From Syntrophales bacterium (GTDB lineage: Bacteria; Desulfobacterota; Syntrophia; Syntrophales; UBA4778), in contig CAXXQE010000006.1 of assembly GCA_963665615.2 (NCBI GenBank), positions 62,001 through 126,000 on the forward strand: DNA of 64,000 nucleotides. Direction: 5' to 3'. Below are positions 9,280 through 19,454 of the stretch, piece by piece (the stretch's first letter is position 1; the number at the start of each line of letters is the position of its first letter). Made by a program: the position numbers and the translations under genes. Under the pieces are notes generated by a model. That model searched no databases. It worked only from the letters and a program-made list of their open reading frames with translations, and was not told where the DNA came from.

Positions 9280-11598
9280 ATGAAGAAGATCGAAACGATT
9301 GAAAAATTAAAACGGATGCGCCGACCGGCGTTTATTGATATCGACCTGCTTAGAAATCTTAAGTTTCAGAAGTGGGTTCTGCTCATCGTTCTGAGTTTGG
9401 CGCTGTCGTTGCTGCTCGCGCCGCAGTTCAGCGTCATTCGACCGACGTTCAGCGTCGGTATGGTTCCGGACTACGACATCCGCGCGGATCACGATTTCCT
9501 GGTCGAAGACAAGATCGCCACCGACCATAAAAAAATGGAGGCCGCACGCTCCGTTCTCCGCGTTTACGACTATGACTTCCACACGCCCGATATCCTTGCA
9601 GCGCGCCTCACACAGGCTTTCAGCCTTCTGGAAGTGCGCTATTACAAGGCGCCGGAAGAAGTAAAAGAGGCACTCAACCGGCTGCCGCAGGCGGAACGCA
9701 TCAAACGAATCAAGGGGGATTTCGAACAAACGACCGGCATCGTCCTCTCCGATGAGGAACTCGCCGTGCTGCACGAAAACGCATTCTCCGAAACGCTGCG
9801 CGACGATCTGATCCGTCTGATCCGGAGCTTCAGAGGAGCCGATTATCTGGATCGACCTCTGGATTCGCCCGGCAACTTCACGGTCGGAAGGGCAGATACA
9901 AAAAACATTGTTGCCATCGCCGACCTGGATGAACTGGAGGATTATTTTGTAAAACCGTCCATTGCCATTTTCGGAAAGAGCAACAGCGCCCTGCGACGCA
10001 CCGCCGAATCCCTCGCCGCCAAGCTCATTAAACCCCAGTTAATGCTCAATCACATTGCGACCGAAAAGCACCGGAAATGGGTCGTCGACCGAATCAAGCC
10101 CGTTTATTTCAAGGTTAAAAAAAATGAGCTGATCATAAAGGCCGGAGAACCTCTCGCTTACCAGGATTTGCTTAAGCTCGAGGCTTTTTACAGCACGGAA
10201 GGCGGCGACAGCGTCTTCAACCTGAAGGTCCTTGCAGGGTTTTTCGTCACCATTCTGATGCTGACGATTATCTTCCATCAATCCTCGAAAGGCTTGCTCA
10301 AAGCATTACGCAAGTCCAACAAGGACCTCCTTTTCCTGTCGATCGTGATGCTGCTCCACATCGTCATCATGAAATCCGGCATCTTCATTGCCGAGTCGAT
10401 CGCACAGACTTTTTCACTTTTTTCAGCCGAGACGCTTTACTTCGCGCTGCCCTTCGCCTGGTCCACGATCCTGATCGTCGTCTGCCTGAATCGAACGGTC
10501 GCCTTCGTCTTCGCCATTTTTTCGGCGATTCTGGTGACATTCCTCTTTGAAGTCAAGTTGCCGATCTTTCTCTATGCTTTTCTGGGAAGCGCGGCGCCTG
10601 CGTATCGAATGATCCATTTCAGACAGCGTTCCGCTTTTTTCCGCTCCGGCCTTTTTGCCGCTGCGGTCAACATCGTCGTCGTCTTTTGCCTGACCCTCCT
10701 CGCCGGAAGCGCCACCTGGCTGGAAATTTTTCTGCGCATGGCCATGGCGGGTATCGGCGGCCTCCTTTCCGGACTGATCGTCGCGGGGATTACGCCGGCT
10801 TTTGAGGCGCTCTTCGCTTATACCACCGACATCAAGCTCATGGAACTCTGCAACCTGAACCAGCCCCTCTTGCAACGGATGATCGTCGAGGCTCCCGGCA
10901 CCTACAATCACAGCATCATCGTTGCTACCATGGTCGAGGCAGCAGCCGAATCGATCCGCGCAAACCCTTTATTGGCCAGGGTCAGCGCCTATTACCATGA
11001 CATCGGAAAACTGAGTAAACCGCTCTACTTCATCGAAAATCAACAGAGCTGGAAAAACAAACACGACAGACTCTCGCCAAAGATGAGCAGCCTCGTGATT
11101 ATTTCGCACGTCAAGGAGGGATGTGAACTTGCGAAGCACTACAAGCTCGGCAAGGCCATCTCTGATATTATACAGCAGCACCACGGCATGAGCATCGTCA
11201 GTTATTTCTATGACAAGGCGCAAAAGGACAAGGATCCGTCCGTCCGATCCATTCCCCAGAGCGATTTCCGCTACCCCGGTCCAAAACCCCAGACACGTGA
11301 GGCGGGGCTCGTCCTGCTGGGAGACATCGTAGAAGCCTCCTCCCGGACCCTGACCGATCCGACCCCTTCGAGAATACGCAATCTGGTTCAAGCCAGAATC
11401 AAACAGGTCTTTACGGACGGGCAGCTGGATCAATGTGATCTGACGATGAACGACGTCAACAACATCGCGGAGAGTTTTGTGCGAACCCTGACGGGAATCT
11501 TCCATCAGCGCATCGAATACGCCGGTTCCGGCAACAAACAACCAACGGGAAATACGGATCAATGGCCTTACAGATTATCAACCGACAGAAAAAAATAA
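9280..11598 (+). CDS. 7TM-HD family membrane phosphohydrolase (PgpH-like)
   Basis: Extracytoplasmic domain, about 7 TM helices, APGTYNHS...YYHDIGK HD domain, FRYPGPKPQTRE. ATG at 9280. Confidence 0.9.
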   Translation: MKKIETIEKLKRMRRPAFIDIDLLRNLKFQKWVLLIVLSLALSLLLAPQFSVIRPTFSVGMVPDYDIRADHDFLVEDKIATDHKKMEAARSVLRVYDYDFHTPDILAARLTQAFSLLEVRYYKAPEEVKEALNRLPQAERIKRIKGDFEQTTGIVLSDEELAVLHENAFSETLRDDLIRLIRSFRGADYLDRPLDSPGNFTVGRADTKNIVAIADLDELEDYFVKPSIAIFGKSNSALRRTAESLAAKLIKPQLMLNHIATEKHRKWVVDRIKPVYFKVKKNELIIKAGEPLAYQDLLKLEAFYSTEGGDSVFNLKVLAGFFVTILMLTIIFHQSSKGLLKALRKSNKDLLFLSIVMLLHIVIMKSGIFIAESIAQTFSLFSAETLYFALPFAWSTILIVVCLNRTVAFVFAIFSAILVTFLFEVKLPIFLYAFLGSAAPAYRMIHFRQRSAFFRSGLFAAAVNIVVVFCLTLLAGSATWLEIFLRMAMAGIGGLLSGLIVAGITPAFEALFAYTTDIKLMELCNLNQPLLQRMIVEAPGTYNHSIIVATMVEAAAESIRANPLLARVSAYYHDIGKLSKPLYFIENQQSWKNKHDRLSPKMSSLVIISHVKEGCELAKHYKLGKAISDIIQQHHGMSIVSYFYDKAQKDKDPSVRSIPQSDFRYPGPKPQTREAGLVLLGDIVEASSRTLTDPTPSRIRNLVQARIKQVFTDGQLDQCDLTMNDVNNIAESFVRTLTGIFHQRIEYAGSGNKQPTGNTDQWPYRLSTDRKK

Positions 11599-12014
11599 AG
11601 ACGGATCTTCGCAGATTTCGCCGTTCCGTGCGCTTGATCATGAAGGAACTCGACTGCGCCGACCGCGAGCTGAACATCCTTTTGACAGACGATGCAGGCA
11701 TCCAGGTGGTGAATCGCGATTATCTGGGGAAGGATCGGCCGACCAACGTCATCTCCTTTGCCATGACCGAGGGGGACACACATGTGGCCGGCGAAGACGC
11801 CATTCTGGGCGATATCGTCATTTCCGTGGAAACTGCCAGCTGCGATGCAGAAAAAGGCGATCTGACATTTGAGCAGGAGCTGGATTTTCTGATGATCCAC
11901 GGCCTGCTTCACCTGATCGGGTACGACCACATCGGCTCCCGCAGCGAGGCCAGAAAAATGTCGATCAAACAAAAGGACCTCTTCGAGAACCTGCACGGAT
12001 TCCGGATCGAGTAA
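11562..12014 (+). CDS. ybeY: rRNA maturation endoribonuclease YbeY
   Basis: NRDYLGKDRPTNVISF and HGLLHLIGYDH motifs. Confidence 0.95.
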   Translation: MALQIINRQKKIKTDLRRFRRSVRLIMKELDCADRELNILLTDDAGIQVVNRDYLGKDRPTNVISFAMTEGDTHVAGEDAILGDIVISVETASCDAEKGDLTFEQELDFLMIHGLLHLIGYDHIGSRSEARKMSIKQKDLFENLHGFRIE

Positions 12015-12023
12015 ACCCCTTGC

Positions 12024-12446
12024 TTACATGTTGACCGACATCACCCGCAATTCCATTCTGTCAAGCCAGCCCTGAGATTTCCAGAAGGCCTTGCCATCTT
12101 CATTTTCAGCAAAGATGAATATATGCGTTTTCCGGATACCGGCGCACTTCAATCCCTGCAAGCATGTCTCGACAAGCTTATGTGCAATGCCCTGTCTGCG
12201 ACAACCAGCGTCGACGGCTAAGTGGTGGATATAACCGCGTCGGCCGTCATGACCGCCGAGGATAGCCCCAACGATCTGATCCCCCGCTACGGCGACAAAG
12301 CTCAGGCCCGGATTGCGTTCCAGATAGACGGTTAAGGCCTCTCGGGTGTCCGCATCGCGGAGGACAACCCCCTCGCAGCGTTTCCACAAGGCGATAACAT
12401 CGTCATATCTTGAGAGTTCAAAAGGACGAATGGCGATATTGATCAT
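12024..12446 (-). CDS. GNAT family acetyltransferase (YpeA-like)
   Basis: GHDGRRGYIHHLAV...RRQGIA acetyl-CoA binding motif. Confidence 0.88.
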   Translation of the reverse strand: MINIAIRPFELSRYDDVIALWKRCEGVVLRDADTREALTVYLERNPGLSFVAVAGDQIVGAILGGHDGRRGYIHHLAVDAGCRRQGIAHKLVETCLQGLKCAGIRKTHIFIFAENEDGKAFWKSQGWLDRMELRVMSVNM

Positions 12447-12907
12447 GCGACGATATACGATCCCGTTCCCACGGCGATCAGTTGATCCTCTTCGTTTTTC
12501 AATTCAATTCGAGTCACGGCGATCTTGCTGCCGGTTCGCAACACATGAGCGGTCACAAAAAACTTGTTCCCGGTTCCCGGACGCAAATAATCGACCCGCA
12601 CATCGATCGTGCTCAACTTTTTCATCATGGCGATCTTCGTTTTCAGCGGCTCGTCCTTGATTTTATGATGCACCCCCATGAGCGCCGCCAGTCCACCCGC
12701 CACATCGATGGCGGTGGCAATCACCCCACCGTGAAGCATCTTCCGTTCGAAATGGCCCATCAGCTCATCGCGCATCATCAGAGACATCGTTGCCTGATCG
12801 TGACTCAACGATTCGACGTGAAGCCCCAGCGTCTTATTGAACGGGATTCTCTCGTTAAACACCTCATTGACCAAAGCGATAAACTGCTCGTCTTTTTTAC
12901 TAACCAT
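12443..12907 (-). CDS. Hot-dog fold thioesterase (PaaI/YigI-like)
   Basis: IPFNKTLG, LHGGVIATAIDVAGG, TIDVRVDYLRPG. Confidence 0.88.
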   Translation of the reverse strand: MVSKKDEQFIALVNEVFNERIPFNKTLGLHVESLSHDQATMSLMMRDELMGHFERKMLHGGVIATAIDVAGGLAALMGVHHKIKDEPLKTKIAMMKKLSTIDVRVDYLRPGTGNKFFVTAHVLRTGSKIAVTRIELKNEEDQLIAVGTGSYIVA

Positions 12908-12965
12908 CGTCTATTGAACACTCCCAAGTCAAAAAATTGCTTTATCCATCAATTCCATTCTACCG

Positions 12966-13490
12966 CTACCACTTGTTCCAATGTATATTTTCGGTACGAT
13001 ATTTATCGATCGGCTTGCTGTCTCTATTTTTCGGTACACCAATCGGAATGACATTCAGCGGAATGATTGCTTCAGGGATATGACATTCCTTACGAACGCA
13101 ATCCATGCGATCCCGTTCAGGATAGACGGCCGTCCATACAGCGCCGAGATGCAGGGCATGGGCGGCAAGCAGAATATTTTCCGTCGCCGCCGAACAGTCG
13201 CAGACCCAGTGCTTCGGCGCAAATTGTCGATCTTTATCAGGCACGCCGCAAACAATGATGGCCGCCCCGGCTTTATCGAGCATTTTGGCATAAGGCAATT
13301 TTTCACATAAACGGCTCAATATTTTTTTATCCGTTACAACAACAAACGCCCAGGGTTGCACATTGACGGCGGAAGGCGCCGCCATCCCGGCTTTCAAAAT
13401 CGTTTCTAAAGCTTCCCGACGAATTTCTTCACCGGTAAATTCTCTGACGCTATGTCTAGTCAGAATCACGTCCATCAAGTCTTTCATCAT
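12966..13490 (-). CDS. Nitroreductase family protein
   Basis: RHSVREF, AAPSAVNVQPWAF, ENILLAAHALHLGAVW. Start placed at ATG 13490. Confidence 0.9.
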   Translation of the reverse strand: MMKDLMDVILTRHSVREFTGEEIRREALETILKAGMAAPSAVNVQPWAFVVVTDKKILSRLCEKLPYAKMLDKAGAAIIVCGVPDKDRQFAPKHWVCDCSAATENILLAAHALHLGAVWTAVYPERDRMDCVRKECHIPEAIIPLNVIPIGVPKNRDSKPIDKYRTENIHWNKW

Positions 13491-13623
13491 AAATTCTCGA
13501 TTACTTTTTTCGGCATTCTGAAATTTTTGTTTCACCAACAAAGGATCAATTCATGCGCAAAACTCAGCGTAAATATTTCTGATTGAAACTGCTCACAAAA
13601 TGATTACTTTATAAGTAAATTCA

Positions 13624-14502
13624 TTACCATGCTGGGTTCAACTTTTTCATGGTGTTGACGGCTGATGACTCATCACAAATATTAGCATGCATAACGATTC
13701 TGCCGTCACCTGTACACAAATAGGTTTCGATGTATGTTGGCGTATCTTGCACAACTTTAATGTAAAATTCTTTTGGAACTCGATCATGCACAAGATCTGC
13801 AACAAAAGAGTTCGTCTCCTGACCTTGATATCGATAATACGGATATGGGTCAATTTTTATTGCGTGTTCACCTGGGGTTATTTCAGCAACCAGATATTCA
13901 CCTTTTGATAAGTCGCCCACTATTACACCATCTATAGCAACTGATGGTTTGAATAAATTGGAATCATATGTAAGTAATTTATTACATTTTGAATGCGATG
14001 GTCTGTAAAAATAAATCATCCTTCCGGGGTTCGTCATGTCCCCAATATTTGAGCTGCTGATATGCGCAGCGAGTTCGCTTGTATTCAGCCACTTACGAAC
14101 CTGCTTTCCAACTGAGTCCAAATACTTGAATTCCGAAGTTGCTGATCCACGCACTTTCCCTTCTTTATCAAATGCAATGAATAATACATGAGCAGTAACC
14201 GAAGAATCGAAACCACCAATCGGGCGTCCTGCACCCGCGAGCCAGATAATATCACCATGCTTGATTGTATATTGATATACGAAAACCTTTTGCGGTCCAA
14301 AGTTGATAACAGGCTCACCAAGCCGAGCTTTTACTTCAGTTATGTTTTGGTATGATGATATATTTACTTCATTCTTTGCAACTTGCTCGCCAGCTACTAT
14401 GGTATTTTGTGTAGGAATCGGTATGGCAACGCAACCGCTTTGAAGAGAAACAAGACAGCCTGTGAGGGCTAAAAATATCAAGGTGCGGAGGCATAATCTC
14501 AT
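13624..14502 (-). CDS. Hypothetical exported protein, probable lipoprotein (AT-rich)
   Basis: 292 aa ORF with an AGGAGG RBS and a signal peptide containing lipobox-like Cys (LTGC or QSGC). The C-terminal IYFYRP...V.IDG..VG.L..GEY pattern resembles DUF2846. Confidence 0.7.
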   Translation of the reverse strand: MRLCLRTLIFLALTGCLVSLQSGCVAIPIPTQNTIVAGEQVAKNEVNISSYQNITEVKARLGEPVINFGPQKVFVYQYTIKHGDIIWLAGAGRPIGGFDSSVTAHVLFIAFDKEGKVRGSATSEFKYLDSVGKQVRKWLNTSELAAHISSSNIGDMTNPGRMIYFYRPSHSKCNKLLTYDSNLFKPSVAIDGVIVGDLSKGEYLVAEITPGEHAIKIDPYPYYRYQGQETNSFVADLVHDRVPKEFYIKVVQDTPTYIETYLCTGDGRIVMHANICDESSAVNTMKKLNPAW

Positions 14503-14660
14503 TGATAAGAACCTCCTAAACTTATTGCTGTCCTGACTAGAATATCACTCGGAAGAAATATTGTTTATTTTAGATTTACGATTGAAGTTTAACATATATA
14601 CAGAAATCTGAGAAGAATAGATTGCAGGAAGCTATTGTTTTCTCTCTAACCAACGCAGTA

Positions 14661-14697
14661 AAATAAAACAGGGGCGCTGCATTCTTGCCGCGCCCCT
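14661..14697 (-). terminator. Probable intrinsic terminator after the mltD-like gene
   Basis: AGGGGCGC/GCGCCCCT stem followed on the minus strand by GTTTTATTT. Confidence 0.7.
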
Positions 14698-14729
14698 ATT
14701 TCATATGAACTTCTTAGTTCAGTCCAATA

Positions 14730-16499
14730 TCAGGTGTTCTTGTCTTTATCCTTTACCTTGATCACCTGGCCAACATTCAGCTGGCTGCCGTTGATGCCGT
14801 TCAACTTCCGAAGCTCGTCCAGCTTCATGCCATAACGACGCGCTACGGAGGCAAGGGTATCACCCTTTTTCACCTTGTATTTGATGATCTTCTCAGAGGA
14901 ATCCTCATTGCCCTGGTCTTCGCCTTTGGACGATTTATTCTTGTCTTTGGATTTCTCGCCCGACTTCTTCGCATACCCCTTGCCGGGAACCTTGATGACC
15001 TGGCCGGGCTTCACTTTCATGCCCGAGAGGTCGTTGGCCTCCATGATCACGCTCGGGGTTGTCTTGTAACGGCGTGCAATGCCGTTGAGAGACTCACCCT
15101 TTCGTACCTTGTGGCGAATCCATACACTACTGCTGCTGCGAGACGACGACCCGCTCTGGCGAGGCTGCTCCCATTCCGGAATTTTGTCGATACCGGCCGT
15201 CAGCTGCGCCGCCAGGCCCACGGGGAGTTTCAGGGTATAGGGCTTATCGGGGGTCACCTGAAGTTTCAGTTCCGTATTGAGCATTGAGAGCGTATCCTTC
15301 GATGCGTTCAAGGCCTCGGCAATGTCCTGCAAACGCATACTCTTTTCGACACGAACCGTTTCGTAAGGAATCGGTTTATCCATCTCATCGTTGTTAAAAT
15401 CGAAACCGTATTTCTTGGGATCCTTCATGATATGCAGGGTTGCCAGGAATCGGGGGACATAGCGCGCCGTCTCGTTCGGCAATTGGCGATACAGATCCCA
15501 GAAATGATCGAGATAATTCAAGCGCTGTTTGGCAATGACCCGCAGCACCCGTCCTTCTCCGCAGTTATAGGCAGCGAGGCAGGTCAGCCAGTCACCGAAC
15601 ATGCCGTGCAATTCCTGAAGATAGGCGATGGCAGCGCGTGTTGATTTTTCGGGATCGAGCCGTTCATCGACCCACCGGTCCCGTTGCACGGCATACCGGT
15701 AGCCCGTGGACGGAATAAATTGCCAGAGTCCCAGGGCGCGTGCGGTCGACAGGGCATTGCACTGAAACCCGCTTTCGACCAACGGCAGCCAGGACAACTC
15801 CTTGGGTAGTCCCGCTTCTTCCAAGGTTTTCACGATTACAGCGCGGTAGCGACCGGAACGCAGATAAGACCGGGTGAAGAAACCCCGCTCCACTGTCTGG
15901 AAGCTTTTGATTTCGCGCTCGACGTCGGCGTTCATAATCATGGGAATCTCGCTCTGCATCCCTTTGGCGATCGTGTATCTCGTCGTGGTGATCTCCACGA
16001 TGCGCCTGGAAATGATGCTCCTGAGATCATCCTTTTGCCGAACAATCTCCGGGGCCCCATTGACTTCAAGGATCAGCGCATAAGCCTCGTCGAGACATTT
16101 CAGTGCATTATCCACATCCCCGTTTTGCCAAAAGTCTTGAGATTGATTGAGCAGCTCCAGAGCCTGATCGAGTGTCTCCTGCTGCTCCTGTACCTCAGGC
16201 GAGACGGGCGCCGATGCGGTCACGCTCTCATCGTCGTCCTCTTCATCAAGGGTACGCGCAGCCTTAGTCGATGCAGCATCCACCCGCGCGGCCTGGGAGA
16301 GGTCCTGGGCAGAAGAGATTGACGTCGGGGTGCCTGACGTTGCCGCATTGTCGGAACGGCGGGAGGCCTCATCTCCACCGCCTTGGCGGGAAACATTCGA
16401 ATCCTGAAGGGTCGAATTCACCGGCGCCGAAGCACACGAAACCAGTACGACTATGACCGCTAGATGCAGGAGAGGTTTGATCCATCTGAACATATTCAA
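14730..16499 (-). CDS. mltD: LysM-domain membrane-bound lytic murein transglycosylase (MltD-like lipoprotein)
   Basis: LVSC lipobox, SLT motifs (LVESGF, GLWQFIPSTG, AAYNCGEG, ETARYVP), C-terminal LysM repeats. Confidence 0.88.
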   Translation of the reverse strand: MNMFRWIKPLLHLAVIVVLVSCASAPVNSTLQDSNVSRQGGGDEASRRSDNAATSGTPTSISSAQDLSQAARVDAASTKAARTLDEEDDDESVTASAPVSPEVQEQQETLDQALELLNQSQDFWQNGDVDNALKCLDEAYALILEVNGAPEIVRQKDDLRSIISRRIVEITTTRYTIAKGMQSEIPMIMNADVEREIKSFQTVERGFFTRSYLRSGRYRAVIVKTLEEAGLPKELSWLPLVESGFQCNALSTARALGLWQFIPSTGYRYAVQRDRWVDERLDPEKSTRAAIAYLQELHGMFGDWLTCLAAYNCGEGRVLRVIAKQRLNYLDHFWDLYRQLPNETARYVPRFLATLHIMKDPKKYGFDFNNDEMDKPIPYETVRVEKSMRLQDIAEALNASKDTLSMLNTELKLQVTPDKPYTLKLPVGLAAQLTAGIDKIPEWEQPRQSGSSSRSSSSVWIRHKVRKGESLNGIARRYKTTPSVIMEANDLSGMKVKPGQVIKVPGKGYAKKSGEKSKDKNKSSKGEDQGNEDSSEKIIKYKVKKGDTLASVARRYGMKLDELRKLNGINGSQLNVGQVIKVKDKDKNT

Positions 16500-16584
16500 G
16501 CTCCTTCATTGCAATCGTATCAGCAAGATCGATCGCTGCTTGCATCGGGCTGACGCCTAAAGCAGGACACAAGATCAGATCCGA

Positions 16585-16690
16585 TAGCGAGCGCATTCCT
16601 TGCAACTTGCTGTGGGGTAAGCGAGCGAATCCTGTTTAAACATCTTCCTTGAGAATCGGAGACTCACCGGGGTTTGTTCCGGCGAATCCC
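16585..16690 (+). repeat. REP-like dispersed repeat, copy 1 (two hairpins)
   Basis: Aligns without gaps to 47976..48081 (79/106 identical by hand count). Confidence 0.8.
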
Positions 16691-16781
16691 ACGGGGGAGT
16701 TTCGGGGAACTATATTACATCCTCATTTCGAAATAAAGAGAATTTCCCCTTTGTTTTTGTCAGTTATTTTGAAGTGTTAGA

Positions 16782-17880
16782 TTACTCTTTTTGACTGAGC
16801 AGATAGGCCTCAATCAGGTCGTCAATGTCACCGTCAAGCACGCGGTTGACATTTCCGATCTCAAGGTTGGTTCGGTGATCCTTGATCATCTTATAGGGGT
16901 GCAAAACGTAGGAGCGTATCTGGCTGCCCCAGGCGATGTCTTTCTTCGATTTTTCTATCTCGTTGAGCTTTTCGTTCTTTTCCCGCAGCTTGATTTCGTA
17001 AAGCCGGGATCTCAGCACCTTCATGGCCATCGAGCGGTTCTTGTGCTGTGAACGTTCGTTCTGACACTGAACAACGATACCGGTGGGAATATGCGTGATC
17101 CGGACGGCCGAATCGGTCTTATTGACGTGCTGACCGCCGGCGCCCGTGGAGCGATAGGTGTCGATGCGAAGATCCTTTTCATTGATTTCGACGACAATCT
17201 CGTCGCGGATCTCAGGACAGACGAAGACGGAGGCAAAGGACGTGTGACGGCGGCTGCTGGCATCGAAGGGCGATATCCGAACTAGCCGGTGAATGCCGCT
17301 TTCGGCCTTTAGATAGCCATAGGCATAATCGCCTTCCACGGTGATGGTCACGCTCTTGATCCCGGCGTCATCTCCAGGCAAGATGTCGATGATCTGCGCC
17401 TTGAAGTCCTTGCGCTCGGCCCATCGCAGGTACATCCGCAAGAGCATCTCCGCCCAGTCCTGCGCCTCCGTGCCGCCCGCGCCTGCGTGAATCGTGACGA
17501 TCGCATGGCACACATCCTCTTCGCTTCCCAGCATCATCCGGAGTTCTTCAGAACGGAGAAAAGCCTCTATGTGTTCGAGCTCTTGCCGAACTTCCTCCTG
17601 GGTGGCGTCGTCTTTATCTTCTTCAGCTATCTGCAAGAGATCCCGGGCATCCTGAATGTCGCCGCTAATCTTTCGCCAATTGCCGACGATCAGATCGAGC
17701 GACGCCTTTTCCTTGAGAATCTCTCTTGCCTTGTCAGGATCGCCCCAGAAATCTTCCCGGGTCGTGACGCGTTCAAACTCCCTGATCTTTTCTTCCTTGC
17801 CGGCGATGTCAAAGACAGCTCCATAGCGTGTCTGTTCTGTTCTGAAGCCCCGCGATGCGCTCTCTTAACTCTTCCGACAT
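16782..17880 (-). CDS. prfB: Peptide chain release factor 2 with programmed +1 frameshift
   Basis: 23 codons MSEELRERIAGLQNRTDTLWSCL end in CTT-TGA-C (17814..17808). The +1 frame continues to 16782 and contains SPF and GGQ motifs. Confidence 0.96.
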
Positions 17881-19454
17881 GGTTTTGTTCTCCTTCGTGC
17901 TTTGATAAATAGAATGCCCAACAGCACCAGACAGCCGTAAACAAAGGCGTCTCCGATTCTGGAATAAATCGTCTCGATCCGCAGATAGTGAACCCGACCG
18001 CTCAGGCGCGCTGCTTGATAGAGTTCCGTCGCTGTTTCGATTGCCCCCGTCGGATCGATAATCGCGCTGATTCCGGTATTGGCAGCCCTCACGATATAGC
18101 GCCGGGTTTCCACTGCGCGAAAGGCGGCCATCTCCAGATGCTGAAACGGAGCGGACGTTCGCCCGAACCATGCATCGTTGGTCATATTGACCAGGAGCTC
18201 GGCGCCCGCGCGATGATAGGCGCGCGCAATTTCTGGGAAGATGGCTTCATAGCAGATCAGCACGCCGATTTTTCTATCTTTGAGTTTCAACGGGTGAAAG
18301 CCATCGCCCGTCGAAAAATCACAGATGCCCGGAACAATGTTCGTCATAAACGGCAGCAAGCGGCGCAGGGGGACGTATTCGCCGAACGGCACCAGATGCA
18401 CTTTGTCGTACTGGCCGACCAGCTGCCCCTGCGGTGAAATCACAAAAGCGGCATTCACCGGTTCGCCGGTACCACTGCCGGCTTTATACCCCGGGCTACC
18501 GATCACCAGCCAGGCGCCGCTGTCCCGCGCCAGATCCAATACGTCCCGGTACCGCGGATCCACGTTCTGAAAATAAAAAGGCACCGCCGTCTCCGGCCAG
18601 ACGACCAGATCCGGTTTCTCTGCGCTTGACGCGGCTTCGCGCGTCAGGCGGTCGTAAATCTTGAGTGTTTCATCCCGAAACTCGGGGCTCCATTTAATTC
18701 CCTGATCGATATTGCCCTGAATCAGTGCGACTTGGGCCATTGCCGCCAGTTGAACCCGCGCCTGAACGTCAGCAATCCGGTAATGTCCATAGCCGACGAC
18801 CAGCCCCATCAAAACCAGCCCGACCGCAACTTCGATCGCTGCGTGCTTTTTATCACGGAGCGGCATCAGATCGCTGAGGATCACGTTGACTAAAACGATC
18901 AGAAAACTCAGGCCATAGAATCCCGTGATGTCGCACATCTGAATGACAGTGCGCCAGGCATGCTGCGAATAGGCCAGGTTCTCCCAGGGAAACCCGGTCA
19001 GGATATGCGATTTGCAGAATTCCAGAGCGACCCAGAGAAGCGGCGCGGAAAAGATCGCCGCAACACCGCGACGCCCGAACCAAGCGACACTTGCAGAAAA
19101 AACACCCACGAACAGCGCCAGAAAAGTCGCCAGAAGAAGCATAGCCGCCAAACCGGCATAGGCGGGCAGATTGCCATATACGGCTATGACATAGTTGATC
19201 CAATAGAGGATGCCGACGTTGTAGATCAGACCCGTAACAAAACCCGCGCGAAAGGCCTCGGCAGGTTTCAGGTTTCTTAAGGCCAGAAGAAGGGGACAGA
19301 GCGCCACCCAGGCGAGCGCCGCTGAACCATACTTTGGAAAGGATAGAAAGAGGAGCAGGCCGGAAAGCGCAGACCATGCGTATGTCTTTTTATTGAAGCT
19401 CTCCGAAGCGAGTTTCGGAGAAGCTTCGATCCTAAAGGAAGGAATCCTAAACAT
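17865..19454 (-). CDS. lnt: Apolipoprotein N-acyltransferase
   Basis: Multi-TM N-terminus, QGNI, WPETA, KVHLVPFGEYVP, ICYEAIFP, TNDAWFG, RAANTGIS. Confidence 0.95.
   Translation of the reverse strand: MFRIPSFRIEASPKLASESFNKKTYAWSALSGLLLFLSFPKYGSAALAWVALCPLLLALRNLKPAEAFRAGFVTGLIYNVGILYWINYVIAVYGNLPAYAGLAAMLLLATFLALFVGVFSASVAWFGRRGVAAIFSAPLLWVALEFCKSHILTGFPWENLAYSQHAWRTVIQMCDITGFYGLSFLIVLVNVILSDLMPLRDKKHAAIEVAVGLVLMGLVVGYGHYRIADVQARVQLAAMAQVALIQGNIDQGIKWSPEFRDETLKIYDRLTREAASSAEKPDLVVWPETAVPFYFQNVDPRYRDVLDLARDSGAWLVIGSPGYKAGSGTGEPVNAAFVISPQGQLVGQYDKVHLVPFGEYVPLRRLLPFMTNIVPGICDFSTGDGFHPLKLKDRKIGVLICYEAIFPEIARAYHRAGAELLVNMTNDAWFGRTSAPFQHLEMAAFRAVETRRYIVRAANTGISAIIDPTGAIETATELYQAARLSGRVHYLRIETIYSRIGDAFVYGCLVLLGILFIKARRRTKPCRKS

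Noticed and set aside
16500..16780. c-di-AMP (ydaO-type) or other riboswitch upstream of the mltD-like gene
   Set aside because: No recognisable ydaO consensus blocks. The hairpins belong to a dispersed repeat also found next to unrelated genes and in both orientations.
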